Shown here piece by piece: positions 14,618-16,468 of a stretch of 16,468 nt of DNA. The notes beneath the pieces were generated by a model. That model saw only the letters and a program-made list of their open reading frames with translations, was not told the DNA's origin and did not search any database. The first letter of the stretch is position 1. The number at the start of each line of letters is the position of its first letter. A program made the translations under genes and the position numbers. This stretch comes from Thermoplasmatota archaeon (GTDB lineage: Archaea; Thermoplasmatota; Penumbrarchaeia; Penumbrarchaeales; Penumbrarchaeaceae), in contig CBDDUX010000006.1 of the NCBI GenBank assembly GCA_965234725.1, positions 1 to 16,468 on the forward strand, written 5' to 3'.

Positions 14618-16264
14618 TTAGGCCATTTTGAAGACATCTTTTAGCTTCTGTGCTATCAGGTCCCTGTCCTCTTTTTGTCCTGTCTGCAATTTCATAATGT
14701 CAAGGAGATGGACCTTCTTTTCAAGTTCTGCAGGGACCCCGGATCCATATCCCATTATCAGTTTGATGCCGTCCATTGCCACCCTCAGTCCGGCATCCCT
14801 CGCATAGGACCTGGACATGGCCTGCCATGTATCCCTGTCGAATCTTACACCTTTTGAATATTTCTCTTCGGAAGCTTTCAGGGAGAAGATCCCTGCGGTC
14901 TCTCCCCATGCTGCAAGTTCTCCCAACCTCATCATGATATGTTGATTCCTTGTAAGTTTCTGGGCCCTGCATTCTTCGAAGATATTTGCCAGGGCTTTCA
15001 AAGCCAGAGCGGCTATATCTCCCCCTACCCCGGCATCTTTTCTATGGACCTCTTCTGCTTTCTTTGCCAGATCGTTGAAGTATGCTCCACGGGATTTCAG
15101 ATGTTCCTGCCATCTGTCCCTGGCAATGGTGATCTCGAGGACCTCATTGGCGCCCTCATAGATCTGTGTGATCCTGACATCCCTCTTGAACTTCTCCACT
15201 TCCATCTCCTGGACATAACCGTATCCGCCCATGGCCTGAATGGAATCTTCAGCTGCTGCATTGCCAGCCTCCGTTGCACACCACTTTGCAATTGCTCCCT
15301 CTGTCTGGAAGCCGTGCCCCTGCTCATCGAGGATACCAGCGATGTACTCGATATAGGCCCTGGATGCTTCGAGTCTCACTGCATTTGGAACGATCAGTTT
15401 ATGTGTATACCCCTGTTTTTCCGAGAGCGGTTCTCCTCCAACTATCCTACCCTGTGAGTAGCTTACAGCCCTACTTAGGGCACCCCATCCGCTTCCCAAT
15501 CCAAAGGCCGCAACCATGATCCGGGTGGCTCCGAATACTGCCTGGGCCTGTGTCAGACCCTGCCCCTCCACGCCGCCCACCAGGTTCTCTTTAGGAACAT
15601 AGACCTCGTCCATGGAGAAAGCAACGGTGTTCGAGAGCCTTATCCCGTGTTTTTCCTCGGGATTATTGAATTCCATGCCCTCGGACTCCCTTTCAACTAT
15701 GAACCATCCCACGGACTCCGAGTCCTTGGCAAGAATCAGATAAATATCTGCGATCCCCCCGTTGGAGATCCATTGTTTGTTACCTGTGATCTTGTATCCG
15801 ACTATCTCACCATTCTCCTCAACAGCCACGGCTTTGGTCTTAAGATTGCTCAGATCACTCCCGGCCTCAGCTTCTGTGGCACCATAAGCAACCAGTAGAC
15901 CCTCCTGTCCTATTTTGGTGAACCATTTCTTCTTCTGTTCAGGGGTTCCTCCGACCCTGAGGGGGTCAAGTCCCAGGAAGGTTGCGAAAACAGCTGTCGC
16001 CACTCCAAGGTCAATACCTGCAAGTGTCTCACAAACCTGGTACATGTCGAAGTTATTGGCCCCGATGCCTCCGAATTCGGTCGGAATGAGGAGGAGATTG
16101 ATCCCCAGTTTTGTCGGGTCGTACATCTCCTTGATCTTCTCCTTGGGAAGGAACCTATCCTCCTTGTCCAGTTTCAGGAGCATATCCTTGGGAAGGTTCC
16201 TCTCTGCGAACATCTTGATGCTGTTGATCATCATCTCTCTGGAGTTCTCGTCTAGTCCTGACAT
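14618..16264 (-). CDS. Long-form acyl-CoA dehydrogenase (~548 aa, with C-terminal extension)
   Basis: Motifs PTEFGGIG, AYGATEAEAGSD, ITGNKQWISNG, KHGIRLSNT, IQAMGGYGY and RDVRITQIYEGANE, plus a ~150-aa helical C-terminal domain. Start placed at ATG 16264 after AGGTG (ORF track start 16297). Confidence 0.92.
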   Translation of the reverse strand: MSGLDENSREMMINSIKMFAERNLPKDMLLKLDKEDRFLPKEKIKEMYDPTKLGINLLLIPTEFGGIGANNFDMYQVCETLAGIDLGVATAVFATFLGLDPLRVGGTPEQKKKWFTKIGQEGLLVAYGATEAEAGSDLSNLKTKAVAVEENGEIVGYKITGNKQWISNGGIADIYLILAKDSESVGWFIVERESEGMEFNNPEEKHGIRLSNTVAFSMDEVYVPKENLVGGVEGQGLTQAQAVFGATRIMVAAFGLGSGWGALSRAVSYSQGRIVGGEPLSEKQGYTHKLIVPNAVRLEASRAYIEYIAGILDEQGHGFQTEGAIAKWCATEAGNAAAEDSIQAMGGYGYVQEMEVEKFKRDVRITQIYEGANEVLEITIARDRWQEHLKSRGAYFNDLAKKAEEVHRKDAGVGGDIAALALKALANIFEECRAQKLTRNQHIMMRLGELAAWGETAGIFSLKASEEKYSKGVRFDRDTWQAMSRSYARDAGLRVAMDGIKLIMGYGSGVPAELEKKVHLLDIMKLQTGQKEDRDLIAQKLKDVFKMA

Positions 16265-16468
16265 ATTGACACCTGCTTTCCTGTTTGAACTGGACATGTT
16301 TGAAAGGTCACTACGGGTCTCTTGAAAGATGGTCTATCATATATATTTTGGTTCGATAGGTATGTTATGACAGAAGCCAACCGTTCCTTCATTTCGATTC
16401 TTTGCAATGGTTCAAACTCAGTACTTCACTAACTTTTTGAATCGATGTAAGGTACACTGGCCCACCGA

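Overview
Archaeal-looking chromosomal window. The evidence is TATA boxes ~25 nt before start codons, GGAGG/GGTG ribosome-binding sites, AGA/AGG-dominated Arg codons, a geranylgeranyl reductase and an ADP-forming acyl-CoA synthetase; a Thermoplasmatota-like host is an inference only. In order, the window holds: a secreted GLUG-repeat protein whose repeat breaks off abruptly near base 50 (possible insertion or IS end), folC, a convergent GGR-family reductase, and a thiolase/3-hydroxyacyl-CoA dehydrogenase/crotonase operon (+). A ~3.9 kb accessory block follows, then a convergent block (-) of acyl-CoA dehydrogenase, fused alpha-beta ADP-forming acyl-CoA synthetase and a long acyl-CoA dehydrogenase. 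The accessory block is the most interesting part. It contains a start-less ThiC-like C-terminal relic (CIMCGDPC), a P-type ATPase with near-complete animal Na+/K+-ATPase (P2C) ion-site motifs and foreign-looking Arg codon usage, and a vapBC toxin-antitoxin pair. The vapBC pair sits between the intact 3' end of the acyl-CoA dehydrogenase gene and a decayed direct copy of that same 3' end. No rRNA, tRNA or CRISPR array was seen. All family assignments come from motif recognition by eye; no searches were run.
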